A DNA stretch of 63,478 nt, filler included, from Calcarisporiella thermophila CBS 279.70 (GCF_041956535.1; 9 parts of 8 records of this genome joined end to end with filler, not necessarily neighbours in it); one strand, 5' to 3'; shown: positions 48,783-62,549, numbered from the whole stretch's first letter. Program-made: numbers and translations. The notes: generated from the letters alone by a model not told the origin.

Positions 48783-50290
48783 AGCTACAGTAATAATAAT
48801 AATAATAATAAATTTAATAATGTTCAAGTGCATAAGATATTGTATAAATTCACGGGGTTTTAGTTTCACATCTTTAAACATGTATTGCCCCAAAACAGCT
48901 TATATACATTATAACATTTTTTTCAATAATAATAATAATAATAATAATATTCGTATCCCCGTTTGCGGAGATATTGGATGTAAAATTTGAAATTGCCTCA
49001 TTGGGACACCGATTTCATCTGTAAATAAACAACGCGTTTGTGGAGGTGGAGAGCAATTTATTTGCTTATTAGGTTCCATCTTGTTTCCCTTTTGTGATTT
49101 TAGTATGATATCGCTTTCATCATTCTTGCGTAGTCGTTCTAGTCCTACTTCTATTTTTCGTGATCGTGAATGAACAGTTAGTTGATAAAGCCTTGATAAA
49201 AAAGCTAGTGAGCTACACGATGGTTTTGAAAGGAACAAACATGTTAAATAGTAAGAAGAAATAAATCGATCCATTCCAGATGAGCCGCCTCTTTCCAAAG
49301 AAATGACAGATTGAAATGAGCAGGTAAATTTATAAGAGTCCAACTATGTTTGGCAACCTGAGTTTTACATCCATTTGGAAACACAAGCGATTGAAGGTAA
49401 TCTCTTCTTTAGTCAAGTAGGTNNNNNNNNNNNNNNNNNNNNNNNNNNNNNNNNNNNNNNNNNNNNTTAATTAATTAANNNNNNNNNNNNNNNNNNNNNN
49501 NNNNNNNNNNNNNNNNNNNNNNCACTGTTCTTCACGATAACTTCATAGGCAGTTTTTAATGCTATGGCATGGGCAAGTAGAGGAATATATTCTAACCAGA
49601 CAATGAAAATAAGCAAACGGCCAAAAATTCAAAATTTTGTTGAAGGGTATTTAAGCTACAAGCATGGTAGTGGCCTTTCCTGCCTTAGGAACAATTTTCA
49701 ATTGAAAACTTGTGGAGTACTGTATACCTCTATCTCGATAATTAGTCTTGAAGGCTTAAGAACAAGGAGGAACTTTGGATCTGAACTAAATCATCTTAAC
49801 AAGATGTTAGGCAAGTATTCGTTGAAAAACCTCTCGGAAGTATGCAGTCGCAAGTCTTTTCTATATATATTATCAGAGAAGCCTCTACTAAATAATAGGG
49901 ATTAGCTTGGCGATAAAGGATAAAAGTAAAAGGATCGATTTGTTGGAAAAATTGCAAAAGTCAAATATACATATTTGGCAATTTCAACCCCCTGTGTTTC
50001 GGATATTTTTTTTGTAAACATTCTCGATATATGCATGGATGGAAAGGCTAGACCTTGTATTTTATATTAATGAAGTATCAAGTATTAGTTTAGATAAATA
50101 AAATAGATATTAATGTGTTTAGTAAAACACCTCAATTTCATATACATTCGTGCAGCATACTGTATGTATTCACTACAGTAAATAATGTCAAAATTTAGCC
50201 TAACTACGGAATATGAATAGCTACAATCTTGGTTTTCTTGCCGCAGCCTTGTGTACTATGCATATTACAGTATATAATTTTTAAATTCAA

Positions 50291-52483
50291 TTAACTTTGC
50301 CGTTGTCGTTTGCGGCTAGCAGGAATGTTCTCTGGGATAAGCTCGCGAGGATACGCAAATTTGCTTGTTAACACTGTGCCATCGACAACAACGACAGGGT
50401 CATCAGCTGCTTGTGACTGCTTGGAAAGAAATTTGGTCGAAGAAGTTACGTATAAATAAATTGTATCTTGTGGGAGGGTCCTCTGCGATTGACATAATAG
50501 AGGTTTTCCGGCACAACTTCTATAAAAGTTGATCATGGATAGATCTCCAATTTTCTTATCAAATAAATCCCAGAAGCAGTGCGTTAAGCCATCATATTTT
50601 GTCTGCGATATCTGACCCAAAATAAGTAATCCCTCGAGATTAACCCCAACAAAATCTAAAGTGGTATGTCCTACTGAGAGGATTAAAAGATCGCCATTCT
50701 TCAGTTTGTTAGAGGTTATTTCTATTTCAGCTTTAGGTAGGCGCTCCTGTTGTCGTACACAAAGAAACTCCAGTGCCACCTCTGTCTTCAATGGATTTCC
50801 CATTGAATCCTTCACTGGTACAATCACCGATTTTCCAAATGGTTGGAAAGCAGACAAAAAAGCGACTTCAAGAGCATACCAGGAGGTTTGTGGGAATGAA
50901 GCCTATAGTCATTTTTTTAATCAAAGTGGATATTAAAAAATAATAAGTATGCCTTTACCAATTCACTGATAAGCTGTGGTCTTTGTAAGTTGAACACAGA
51001 CAGAATAGCCTCCTTTGCTTGACGACAAACTATTTTGCCATCATTACTGATGAGACCAGCAGCCTCAAACCCATTACCACAAAAGTTGAACGAAACAATT
51101 CCTCCCACAATCAGACGTGCAATGAATTGTAATTCAGATATACGCGTGAGATCATCAACATGACGAGCAAGTAGACTTTGAATTCGAGCAGCGTAGTACT
51201 GGCGCAAATCAAAATTAAAGGTTGCAAGTACAGCATTAGGTAGAAGATTAGTTGATGCCAGTTCTTCAGTTTGATTTTCGTCTTTCTGTCTATATATGTA
51301 GAGGAAGGTTAGATAATGTTAGGCAACAAAATTATGATTTCTTACTCAAAGGGACACCAAAGCTCAAATAAACGACATACATTACGCGCGATATTGCCAG
51401 TTTCTTTCTTAATTTGCTCGATTAAATCAGGGGTTATATCTTTGTAAGTATATATTAATTTAGAGGAGGTATTTTAAGATAATTAAGATTTAGAGTATGA
51501 ACTTACCTATATCCATGTTATATACTTCAAGGAGATACTGAATAAGAAAATGTAAATCCTTGTCATTAAGTTTTGTTGTAACCGTTGTCAACCGGTCGTC
51601 ACCATCTGAAAATGCCATATTAATTAAAGAGGATGAAACAGCGACAAGGAATAGGCCTAGATTGACTGAGAAATTCGAAAAGTTTCCAAAACGTCTTGCG
51701 ATGGGGTGATCCGATATATCGTTGGTAGATTTCTCTATAAAGGCATTCCACTGGTCAACCGCTATCAAGACTGGAATACTTAATATATGAAAACAAAGAT
51801 GGGTCATTGTACAAACTTGAAAATACGCTTCATTATTATTTCCGCTCACCTTTTGATTCTTCTTAAAAAATTTACATAAAGCAGGAAGAGATCTATACAT
51901 TCTTTCTCGTTGGCCGGTTCATTGTGCTCAAAATTTTCAAGTAAATCAAAAGCTCCTTTAGCTCCACGGTCGGCATTTGCTAATTCTTTTAATCGATTTT
52001 TTGACATTTTCAGTTGATGATCAAAAATATCCCATATGGTGATTACAATTTCTTCGTCGGACATCAAACGCTTGGCTAGGGAATACTATCAAATCAATAA
52101 AAGAATTCAAGTATAGAATAAAGATAAGAATAGTTACCTTTAGGAATATACAACACCAACCAATCTCTTTTCCTAGCTATATAAACAGTGTAAAGCATGA
52201 GGCAAGTTTTACCAGTTCCAGCTGGCCCCCGAATTGCATTTTTCATCTGGCGTTTTTCAGCTATATCAAGTAGTCTTTCGATCTTGCTCATTACAGGTAA
52301 ATGTAGAAGATTAACGCTATTGTCGGGGGATGTTTCTAGCTCTTGACTAGCAGCTTCTGGCAATAAAGATTCAGGACCTAGATCTATCTTCACCCACTCA
52401 GGTACCATGCTTTCTTGCTCTCTCTTTGTATTTGATCTCTCCAGAACTGAAACATCACAGGCTATAGACGAATTGGTAATTTC
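50291..52483 (-). pseudogene. Crinkler-like P-loop NTPase gene with C-terminal domain, frameshifted
   Basis: Walker A GPAGTGKT followed by WLVLYIP, Walker B VLIAVDQWN, several introns, frame break at about 51846-51900. Confidence 0.6.
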
Positions 52484-52650
52484 TATATATTTGGTATAAA
52501 ATTTGGTTATCATATAGCAAGAAAAAGAATAATTTTCATAAGATGGATACTATTATTAGGCATGCTTCACAGTGGAGTTTCGATTAATGTACAGGCAATT
52601 TTCTCGCATCATCATATAATAAATCCAAAATAATGATTCCTTTAGTCACG

Positions 52651-52763
52651 TGTTACGTTTCGTAGTAGTTTCAGCTTGTCTTATACTTGTGACTATTCGT
52701 GACATCATCATTATATGCATATACATGTATATAATATATACATGTATATGCATATAATGATGA
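52651..52763. repeat. family 3 element fragment with a ~60-bp near-perfect palindrome
   Basis: Matches sequence from 5827 onward; ATCATCATTATATGCATATACATGTATAT-AAT-ATATACATGTATATGCATATAATGATGAT. Confidence 0.75.
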
Positions 52764-53117
52764 TTTCTTCCACTCTTGAATCCCCTAATTAGCAGGATAG
52801 AGAGGTCTGCAACAGCGTTAGAAGTAGGAGGGACCTCAGAGAGGGAAAGGTTTTGGCCCACAAGTTAATAAAATTAACCTATTTCCTCTGAGGAAATCAA
52901 CAGTTGTTACAAAAGTATTTCTACTTTTGGACTCCTCTATAATAATATAATAAAATATAATAAAAGAACAAAGAAAAAGAAGTAAGGACCAGAAAACAAA
53001 TAGCAGAAACTATATAAAGATCAAACAATCGAATGATAAAATAATGTTATACAAAATAACAGTTAATAAAATTAGTATTACGCTCCTAGGCCATTTATGG
53101 CTTAGACCTTAATAGCG

Positions 53118-55705
53118 TCATGATGGCAAAATTAACATCATGACAGTCCATGCTTCACGATGATACAGTGGGCCCCGTTGCGCTTCGTCGCGAGCCAGGG
53201 AGAGAAGCGCTCTAGATATGTTGGCTTCAAATGCCCGGTCTCGTCGATAATAGAGGTCGAAGGTCGAGGACGATGACCAATTTCCTACGGTCACCACTGC
53301 ATCTATATCGAGCTTTCTCAATGCTAATATGGTTCCGGTTTTCCGTGCATCGTGGGCTCTCGCATTGGGAATCGATAACCCAAAAATGGTCTTGATCCAG
53401 CGTGGAATATTTGTCGGTCTGGCTGGACGGGCTAATTCCGGGCACAGAAATATGCTTGGGCCTTCCAGGAGTTTTCCTTGGGCTTGCCAGCAGTTGCGAT
53501 ATTCGATAAAGCATTTTACCGGGCATAAACGCGGATCGGGGTATCGATGAACGTGGAACGGTTTTATGACGCGCCGGTTATTCCTTGTCTCTTTTGGAGC
53601 CACAATTCTCCTTTTCATGGTATCTCCTTCTATTCCTATAGATTGGAGATCCATACGGTGGAGATCTGAAACTCTCGAGAACGTGACGAACGCCAAGAGC
53701 CATGCGAATTTGTACGTGAGATCGCGCATTGTAAGATCCTCGTTCGTCGCATTCTTGAAATGCTCCAAGATGGGTCGGATGTCGATAGGGTCTTCGGCCA
53801 GGTTGATAGGCGGAGCTAATCTATCGATGGCCTTGAGTAGGTCGGAAACAGTTGAGTCCAAATGAAATTGTTTCCCTCTCTAGAGCTCATCAATAGCTGA
53901 TCGATAAAGGCGACACGAACCCGCTGATTTCCCGAGCTCATACTGAAGAGCCAAAAAGTTAGCAATTGCCGCAGCGGGAGCAAGAAAAGGAGGGACTCCA
54001 TTTTCGTTGCACCATGTAAACCATTTCCTTTGAGCTGAGAGGTAGCTACGATGCTTTCCCGAAGCCTCCTGTTGCTCTAGAACGATTCTTTGTGCCCCTA
54101 ATGACAGACCCTTCGAACGCAGTTCCTCCCTGAGATGCGCCAGGCGGTCAAAAACCACGACTTGTTCTTGAGAGGATGTTTCGTCAAGGGGGTGGCGATG
54201 CGAATTGCTTTCCGCGGAATCTTGATTGGCCCCGCTATCTTCAATTGTTGTAGTAACGGGAACCATGGGGCTGAAGGCCAGTAGAGGGTCACCAATGTCA
54301 GGTCGACTTGTTCGATTACCACTTTGCGCAATATTTGAGGTATCAGTGCCCACGGGGGATTGGCATACGGGTTCTTCTCTCTGCGCCAATGTTGAACTGG
54401 CGCCTCGGTCGCTGCAGCTCCCGGTTCGGGTTGCCATGAGAAGAACCGTCGAACGCGTTTCGTTAATCTGTCTGCGAAAAGATCGACTGTATGAGGTCCC
54501 CATGCCCTTTCGATCTTGTTGAACGCGCGCTTGTCGATGTACCAGGCTTGGCTTGTCCTGATCTCCCGAGAGGCTGCGTTCGCTTTCGTATTCAGACTGC
54601 CTGGAATGTGCTCCACGACCAATTGGATGCGTCGCTTCAGGCAGGACTTCCAGATTTTCTGTGCAATCTCGTTGAGACGGGGTGAGCGAGTCCCCCCGAG
54701 ATTGTTGATGTACGCTACGGCTGTGGTGTTGTCTACCCGGATTAGTAGGGTCGTATCCTTGAGGGTCGGAAACGCTTCTAGGCATAATTCCACTGCTTTG
54801 AGTTCCTTCCAGTTGATGTGGAACTCCCTCTCCTCCTGGGACCAAGGGCCCCCGATCACCGTGGATTGGAATTGCGCCCCCCAGCCATTGTCTGAAGCAT
54901 CGGTTGTAGCGTATTTTGTGGGAACTGGAGGCAGAAATGATCTCCCGTTCCATTGTTTGAACTCTTGTGCCCACCAATCGAGTTCTTTCATCCCCTGCCC
55001 GGATATTGTGAAAGGTGAAACCCAGTCGGGGTTAGCTTTTAGCGCTGCTGTCAGGGTCATCATCAGCGAGCGTAAGAATAGTCTCCCCGGCATGATCGCC
55101 GGACATGCCGCATTTGCTGCCCCGAGGAATGCTGCCATCTGTCGAGGAGTAGCCGATCCCACCCTGGCGAGTCTGTGGGCCACTCGCGATATGTCTCTGA
55201 CCTTCTTTCGCGGGAGCCTGAGCGTCATATCGACCGTGTTGATCCTGAAGCCTAAGTGTTCGATCTCCTGTGTGGGAGTGAGAGCGGATTTCTCCCAATT
55301 CACCAGAAAGCCATGCCTCTCCAGGATATTGATAAGCTTTTGCGTGTGCTCCCTGGATTTCTCTATTGTCGGAGATGCGACCAAGAGATCGTCCAAGTTT
55401 GCGGTCACCCTGATGCCCGTCTTCCGGCATTCGGCAAGAAGGGGACGTAGGACTTTGGTAAAAATCCTGGGTGAAGAAGTTAGTCCGAAGGGAAGAACTC
55501 GGAATTGATATTTCTTGCCTTCCCATATAAACTGGAGATATGTCCTGGATCTCGCGTGCACCGGAATGTGGAAGAATGCGTCTTTGAGGTCTATGGATGT
55601 CATCCAATCGTGCCTCCGGATAAGTGGCAGGATGGATTGGAGGGTCTCCATCTTGAACTGCTCCTTCTTCACCGATAGATTGAGGTGGCATAGATCCACC
55701 ACTGG
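53118..55705 (-). mobile_element. DIRS-like retrotransposon, 5'-truncated: RT-RNaseH-adenine MTase plus overlapping tyrosine recombinase
   Basis: IDLKDAFFHIP, LPFGLTSSP, NLDD (YLDD altered), TDASDNGWG, HINWKEL, DLFA...YANPPW. YR with SRVSDL, PKE, HDAR, GNW, LYY. Confidence 0.93.
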
Positions 55706-57311
55706 CGCATGTAAAAGTACAGTAACTAATATATTTTTAATTTATCGATAATCGATCTCGGATATTTTTACTTAACGTATAAAATCATTTGTAGAACTTA
55801 ATTACGTCTACAGGCAAACAACGACGGCATGGAACAAGCGAAAAAATTATGAGCGATCCAGCAGACCAGAAACAGTCAAGGTCCTGTTAATCGAAAAGTT
55901 TTCGACCTTCTTTTCGTTTTCATACAAAAATAACATGATTTATGCGTATAGCGGTTCTGCGGGAGGCGAAAAAGCCGAAGTCCACCAGAAAATAGGATAT
56001 CCTATATCCTATCCTACAAAAAAGGATAAGAGGGCGACGAAGCGGCCTCCGAAGCGTAATGAGGAGACAGAAGAGAAGAAAGCACCAGGGGTAAAAAGGA
56101 ATATTACAAGGATTGAATCACCTGAGCGAGCGCTAGATATCGAGGGAGTGTGCAAACGGATTATTAAGTTGGCGGTCTGATTATACAGTTTATTTGGATG
56201 GGGGCTGGAAGAGGGAGAGGGGGAAGGGGTCAAAAGAAGAAATGGAGTCAAGGAATTATGTTTTCGTTCTTGTATCCAAGAAAGTTTGATTTAAGCCGGG
56301 AATTCCATCCCACTCTCTTGTCAGTCTCCTGTGGATTCCTTGACTACCATTTCTTCGAAGCTTAATGTACATAATTTTATACATAGATTGTATTTTTGGG
56401 AAAAATTCCTGGTATAGGATAGAGGTTCGGGAGTAATGGTTGATTACCTCAAAGGAAATAGGTTTATACTGCTAGCGAGCAAAACCTTTCCCTCTTTGAG
56501 GTTTCCTCCTGCCTTCAAACGCCGTTGCAGACCCCTCTATCCTATTTATTAAAGCGTTAAGGGGGTTTAAGAGTGGATGAAAATGCCGCTAGCACTAACC
56601 AACTGTATTATAGGGTTTTGAATATGGCCTAAGGAGCGTATGATGGTAAGTATGATGGTAAGTATTAGGTTATATATTAATATAGTTAATAAAGTATATA
56701 TCGAGGTAAATATTAAGGTTAGTATTGGGGGAGGTATTAGGTTAGGTTAGTAAATAAAGAAAAACTTACTAGAGGAAGGGAGAATTTTAATGGTGGTTTT
56801 TAGAAAGCTACTACAAGTGATTGTGTATCGATTGCACTAAAAATGAGAGCTCTAGGATGGATATTCGCAGAGTTATTAGCACTCAAATATTTTGCTATAA
56901 TTCTGGAGATTTATATCTAAATAGATAGGTCCAATCAAATCCCATAATTCTTATTTCTATATTTCTGATTCTGTCTGATTTTTTGTGGAAACTCCCATTT
57001 ATACATATAATGATGATGTCACAAAATAGTCACAAGTATTATACAAGCTGAAACTACGAAATATAACAACCGTCATCAAATCCATAATATAAGAAAAGTT
57101 TGAAACTACTGAACAATTGGAAATTTTTTTTAATTGATTCTAAAGACTATAGTTTCTTCAATAGAAGAGCCCCTCTAATCAACCTCTATACTGTTGCACA
57201 TTTTATTGATCATTCTAATTCCAACTGATATCATTAGAAGCAGGTTTTCAAGAGTGCGAAAACTGTGGTTACGCTCATTCTTGTTCTGGTTGTAGTTCTG
57301 GAGCAAATTTT

Positions 57312-59792
57312 ATGGACTGTGAAAATGTGTCTGAGGAGGTAAATCTTCCCCAAGTAGGAGACAATAATCAAGAAGGGTCAAGTAACAAGAAGAATACCAG
57401 TACTTTGGTGATTGACCTAAAAAAGTTTAAAGGTTTTCCGGTTAACGATCAGAATGATTTTCTCACGCTTCGTACCAGACCTGAATTTGTGTATTTCGAT
57501 CGTACACAATACCTATCAACACTCGAAGATATCTTCACACAAGACGTGCTTCTTTTTCTACGTCCACGTCGCTTTGGAAAATCGCTAACTCTTAGCATGC
57601 TAGCCTACTTCCATGGTCTTGAGCACAAGCAGAATTATCATAAATTATTCAAAGTTCGGCAATTTTACTTGACCTACTCAAATTTGGATCTAATTTTCAC
57701 TGCAATCTATTTTTATCCAGGGTCTTGCTATCGACCAAGATGTCCAGGCTAAAAAGATTAATCCTGGCCAATACTTCATCCTTTCCCTCGATTTCGCAGG
57801 TATTAACCGTTCAAGCAATCTCGATGTCGCAGAAAGTGAGCTCGAGAAATCGATGATCAGCTCTATTGAGAATTTTACAGAATCTATGCCACTTACTTGG
57901 GAAGTAAATCGAGTGCACAATTAATAAGTGAACTTATCGACCCAAAGAGTGCTATTATGAGTCTTAAGAGATGTGTTGGTGTAGTCAAAGAAAAGCTTCT
58001 AACGGTGCCCGAAGAAGATAGTAGCCACCCACTGGCTGGTGTAAAAGGAGTAGGGAAAACTATCTTATGTTGACTTTCATTTACGACCATTACTCATGCA
58101 GAATTGGTTTACAGATTTATCTTCTAGCTGATGAGTACGATGCTTTTAGCAATGAATATCTCAATATAGATAACCATGACGCGTGGGAGGCTTTGTGTGA
58201 AAAAAAACAGTCGCTACTTAAAGGTTTTTGGGCTTGTGTAAAGCAAAAGAGGGGATTACGACAAATCTACAAATGCTTTATCACCGGAGTGACGCCACTC
58301 TCGTTGGCCGACCATACAAGTGGCTTCAATATTGCAACAAATGTGTCGGATGAATATGAACTTTCTGGGCTATGTGGACTTAGCAAAGAAGAGGCATTGG
58401 CCGCTTTGCATCTCCCTGGCATGTGTAATTCACCTCATGAAGTCAAGGAACGTTTCCAGTACATGGAATATAATTTCAATGGCTATCTATTTTCCCCATC
58501 ATCTGAAGTTTCATGTGTCTTCAACACAAACACCTGTTTGGAATATTTTCAAGTAAGTTTTAGAATAACCGAAATCCTTCAACAAGATTATCCATGATTA
58601 ACTCTTCTATGGCAATTATTTTTACATACTTTACCAGCGTTTGCGGAGAAAAGGACCGGTTGAATCTTTTGATCCCTCCAACTCCGAAACATCAGAGAGG
58701 TTGCTCCAAATATTAGCCTCGTCCCCTAACTCAATCACGATACTTGAAAACATTACCTCTCAAATAGACGCGACCTCAGATAACACTACTTGGGATGCCA
58801 AAATTCCTTATGAATCTTTAAAGAGCGAATTCAGCTTTTCACATCTGGTAAGCAATAATATTGTTCAATATGCCCAACAATAATAATCATACTTTGCTTG
58901 CATATTTGTGTAGATGGGTACTGAAAAAAGCGAAGCAGCTTGGCTAAGTTTTATGCGCTATATTGGAGGTCTTACTTATGATAGCCAGAGACCAGAAAAG
59001 TATCTTCGGATTCCGAATAATATCACTCTAAAACAATTCGCTCTAGCAATTTTAGACCGTTACCAGCTTCGTGTTACAGATATTGAGAGTGCACTCCAAT
59101 CTATTGCATCAAGTGGAAATATTTTACATTTAATGAGTTGCTATCAAAGGCTAATGAGCAGCCGCGACGTCGGCTACGATGACTTTAAGAAGAATGAAGA
59201 ACAACATAGAGACAGTCTTTACTTTTCTGTTTTCAAAAATCCGCTTCTTCGGCAAAGATCTGTAGAATTTCGAATTACAAAGGTAATTATCAGTCTTTTC
59301 GTAATGTGGCAATCATTTTGCTATATAGATAGAGTAATATTTTGCTACATATTTCTACAGGCAAATGGCCAAAATGGGCGGGTCGAATTATTGATTGAGA
59401 TACCAACCACAAAACATGTAGTAATTATCGAATTTAAAGTTATCCAAATTGATTATCTTGATATTCGATCCGCACTTGAAGTATCAGGTCATGAACGTGG
59501 TCGGAAAGCATATACTCTTGGAGAAATTAATGATACAGATGCATTGCTCAATCTTAAATTTAACCGCAGAGACCGATTTCGGCCTGGACAAACTATTAAA
59601 GAGTGGGTACAATCAAATGACGGACCGTACGAACAACTGTCTAGTTATTGGAATAGTCGCGAAATAAAAAATTTACGCGACAAGTATACAGCATTTGCCT
59701 ATTTGGTTATTATCATTGGCTCACGCAAAATTTTAATTTGGAATATGGCCGATAGCAGCAAATTTAGCGAGCCTATGTTGGGAATGATTTAG
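57312..59792 (+). CDS. AAA-ATPase-like (PF09820-type) plus PD-(D/E)XK nuclease-like protein, 6 exons, one apparent frameshift
   Basis: FDRTQYL, LRPRRFGKSL, YLLADEYD, FITGVTP...SGFNIA, YNFNGYLF, GRVELL...IIEFK. Introns at about 57655-57720, 58051-58114, 58553-58637, 58848-58913 and 59283-59360. Confidence 0.85.
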
Positions 59793-60144
59793 TGTTAGGA
59801 AATACACTGGCCTTAAAAATTGAGCCCACGAAGGTATATTTTTGACTATTAATTCTTATAATTTGCTCTACCTTAAAAATATCAATTGGCGATACACAAT
59901 GACGATAGCTCTACCCTTGCACTAAAAAAATTACTACATGGGTTCTAATATAAATCCCTTATACAAGGGTTATGAATCTGAATTATGCACCCATCATTCT
60001 CACAATTTTTGCGCCAAACCGCTATAAAAATTTTATTGTTCATTTTCACAAAAAATTAACAATCTTTAGCTAAATCAATTGTTATTGTAAACTGCCTACA
60101 TTTTTATCTTTTCAAGAATACGGTAACTTGCTAGGCATACTCCA

Positions 60145-60570
60145 ATGCAGCAAATCTCGGAAACAATCAAATCGATTATAATCTCATTTTGTAATGTGGG
60201 TATATTTAGCAGAGAAATCTCGTATCAGCTCGGGGTAAGCTACCATACCGTCAATAAATATCGTAGAATACGCGCTCCAGAACCTTCTAAACCAGCTTCC
60301 GGTAGTCCACGTGTTCTTATTGAGAGACAAGAGAAAGCCTTCGTACGAAATTTCAAGGCTGGAATAATATGAGGATATACCTGACGCAAAAAAACATCTT
60401 AAGAAAGATTACAACTTCGATTTGTCATTAACACCTGAAAGGAACACGCTGAAGCGAAACCGAATGTGCTCGAGATTGTAGAGAAAAAAGCCGTGTTTAA
60501 AAGTTAGCAATAGGAAGTTCGACTAGCTACTGTACATATCAACCGAAACTAGAGTTTAGATGATTGAAAG
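60145..60570 (+). pseudogene. Tc1-like transposase N-terminal (HTH) relic
   Basis: SREISYQLGVSYHTVNKY...GSPRVL...RNTLKR...KKPCL pattern, with stops. Confidence 0.65.
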
Positions 60571-62186
60571 TGTAACATAAAGTACCTCCGGAAAGTTTTG
60601 GGGCATCTCTTTATTTTTAATAAATTAATCATATTTCCTGAAAAATTTCTATTTCAAATAAACACTATTTATGTTTTAAGAACTNNNNNNNNNNNNNNNN
60701 NNNNNNNNNNNNNNNNNNNNNNNNNNNNTTAATTAATTAANNNNNNNNNNNNNNNNNNNNNNNNNNNNNNNNNNNNNNNNNNNNTGAATATCTGTATCCT
60801 CCCATAGATATTATACCAGGAAACAACAAAATATTAGCTAAGCCATAACAAGGTCATAATAATAACCTTATTTCATATCCTGAGAAGAGATGGGAGTAAG
60901 CCTTCGTGTCACATATAGCCTATCTAATCCCGGACCATTATACGGATAGGCTCATAGGTAAAAATGTCCGAAAAATTTCTTTTTCAAAAAAATTGGCCAA
61001 GTACCAGAAATTTTTTTTCAAAAATTCTTTGCAGGAGGGTGGCTTATTAGTATTCTTGATTTCATAGTGTACGTCATCATGAATTTTCCTCTTATTAGGT
61101 AATAGAGATATATTAAGGAGTCAAAAGGAGGACGAAGTTATTAATTTCTTTCGAGGATAAATTTCAATGCTAGTGGATAATTGAAGGTTGAATTGCTTTA
61201 TTATCAATGAGTCCTGTTGCATGCTTTTGCTTTTCATTCTGTATAAAGTAAGTGAAAGTTAAATAAGAATGGTGTAGGCATCATTGAGGCGCCAGTTGAG
61301 ATTCTATCGACAGCTTCACCGGAGACAATCTCCAGGGTAATGAATCTGTTTGTATGATGTTACTTCGAAAATTATGGTCGAGTTTGTAACCGCTGTTTGG
61401 GAACTCTTTCCAATTATAAACGACGCTAGAAAGCACCATCGGAAATCGTTATTCCTGTAGATTCATTTCGCCAACCCGTTCATCGACAGCAATTTAACAG
61501 AAAAGATGGGGGTAATAAGACATGGAGGCAACGTTTTGATATATACTTCTGCGTTCCAAAATTATTTCAGAAAGGAGTCCAAAATCAGAAACTTGATTAC
61601 CGTGTGTAGTGTTTAGTTACTCTATCGCATACGAGCTCTTGCACGCCAATTCAATTCTTCAGAAAATTGCGGTATCATATTCAGCACATTGAGAAGATTC
61701 CAACATCCAGTAACTCTAACATATGAACATTATGTTGTAGAAGAGGGGCCCACGTTTGTTTTTTGTGAATGACAAAGCATGCAATAGAAAAAGAATGATC
61801 GATGATTGAATCAGGAGAAAGAGAAAGAGAGAAAAGTATTATTAATATACTCTTCAACCGTTTCATTTTCTGCCTGTGAAAGCTTTGCCATTAGAGAGCA
61901 CAAGTGAAAGAGTACTGGATTATTGCACTAGGCTACTAAATTTCTTAGGTATAAAATGCTATCCATCGCTAATCGATCTATCAAAGTTAAAGGTTTTGTT
62001 AATTTTTCTATGCAAGTACTAACAAAGTAAACGGATATATGCACTACTGTGACGGCAATGAGGTAAATTTGACGTCAATAAGTTCCATACAAAAGGTTTC
62101 ATATTCATACCTACATATATTTAAAAACAATACTTCGACTTTTTCCCGGTAAATAATGCAGTAGCAATTTGCAATTTCTTAATTAA

Positions 62187-62549
62187 TGTAACAGTTTTTG
62201 AGGACTGTTAGATATTCTTAAAGAACAGAATTCAATTCAAGATAGAATGGAATTCAGGAAAGAGGTCTTATTAATAAATAATAATAATAATAAAAGGGTA
62301 ATTAATATCTCACCTTAAAGAACAGAATTCAATTCAAGATAGAATGGAATTCAGGAAAGAGGTGAGGAACAATAAACAAAAGAGAGTGAATTTAAATAGA
62401 ATCTCGGGAGTATCTAAGTGGAACATTAATACACCAATAATAAATTTGTGGTCAATAAGTATATAAAAGGAAAGGTAATTAAATAAGTAAATAATGTAAA
62501 TAAGGAAGTATTATAATTAATATTATAGTGTAAATTCGGTCGTGTTACA
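62187..62549. mobile_element. solo LTR, family 4, with internal 50-bp direct repeat (62217-62266, 62314-62363)
   Basis: TGTAAC...GTTACA termini and perfect TSD ATTAA (62182-62186, 62550-62554). Confidence 0.85.

Noticed and set aside
54516-55508. 330-aa plus-strand ORF and other antisense ORFs over DIRS, ankyrin and P450 genes
   Set aside because: Shadow frames of real minus- or plus-strand coding sequence with no motifs of their own.
52651-57068. Single giant TIR element bounded by family 3 ends
   Set aside because: No TSD (TCACG vs ACCGT), and the same end occurs in a self-contained 186-bp element at 5827.
61250-61866. Possible minus-strand gene starting MKRLKSILIILF
   Set aside because: Multiple stops in all frames and no recognisable motif.
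62217-62363. Repeat-spacer-repeat resembling a mini CRISPR
   Set aside because: Only two 50-bp copies, inside a TSD-bounded solo LTR.
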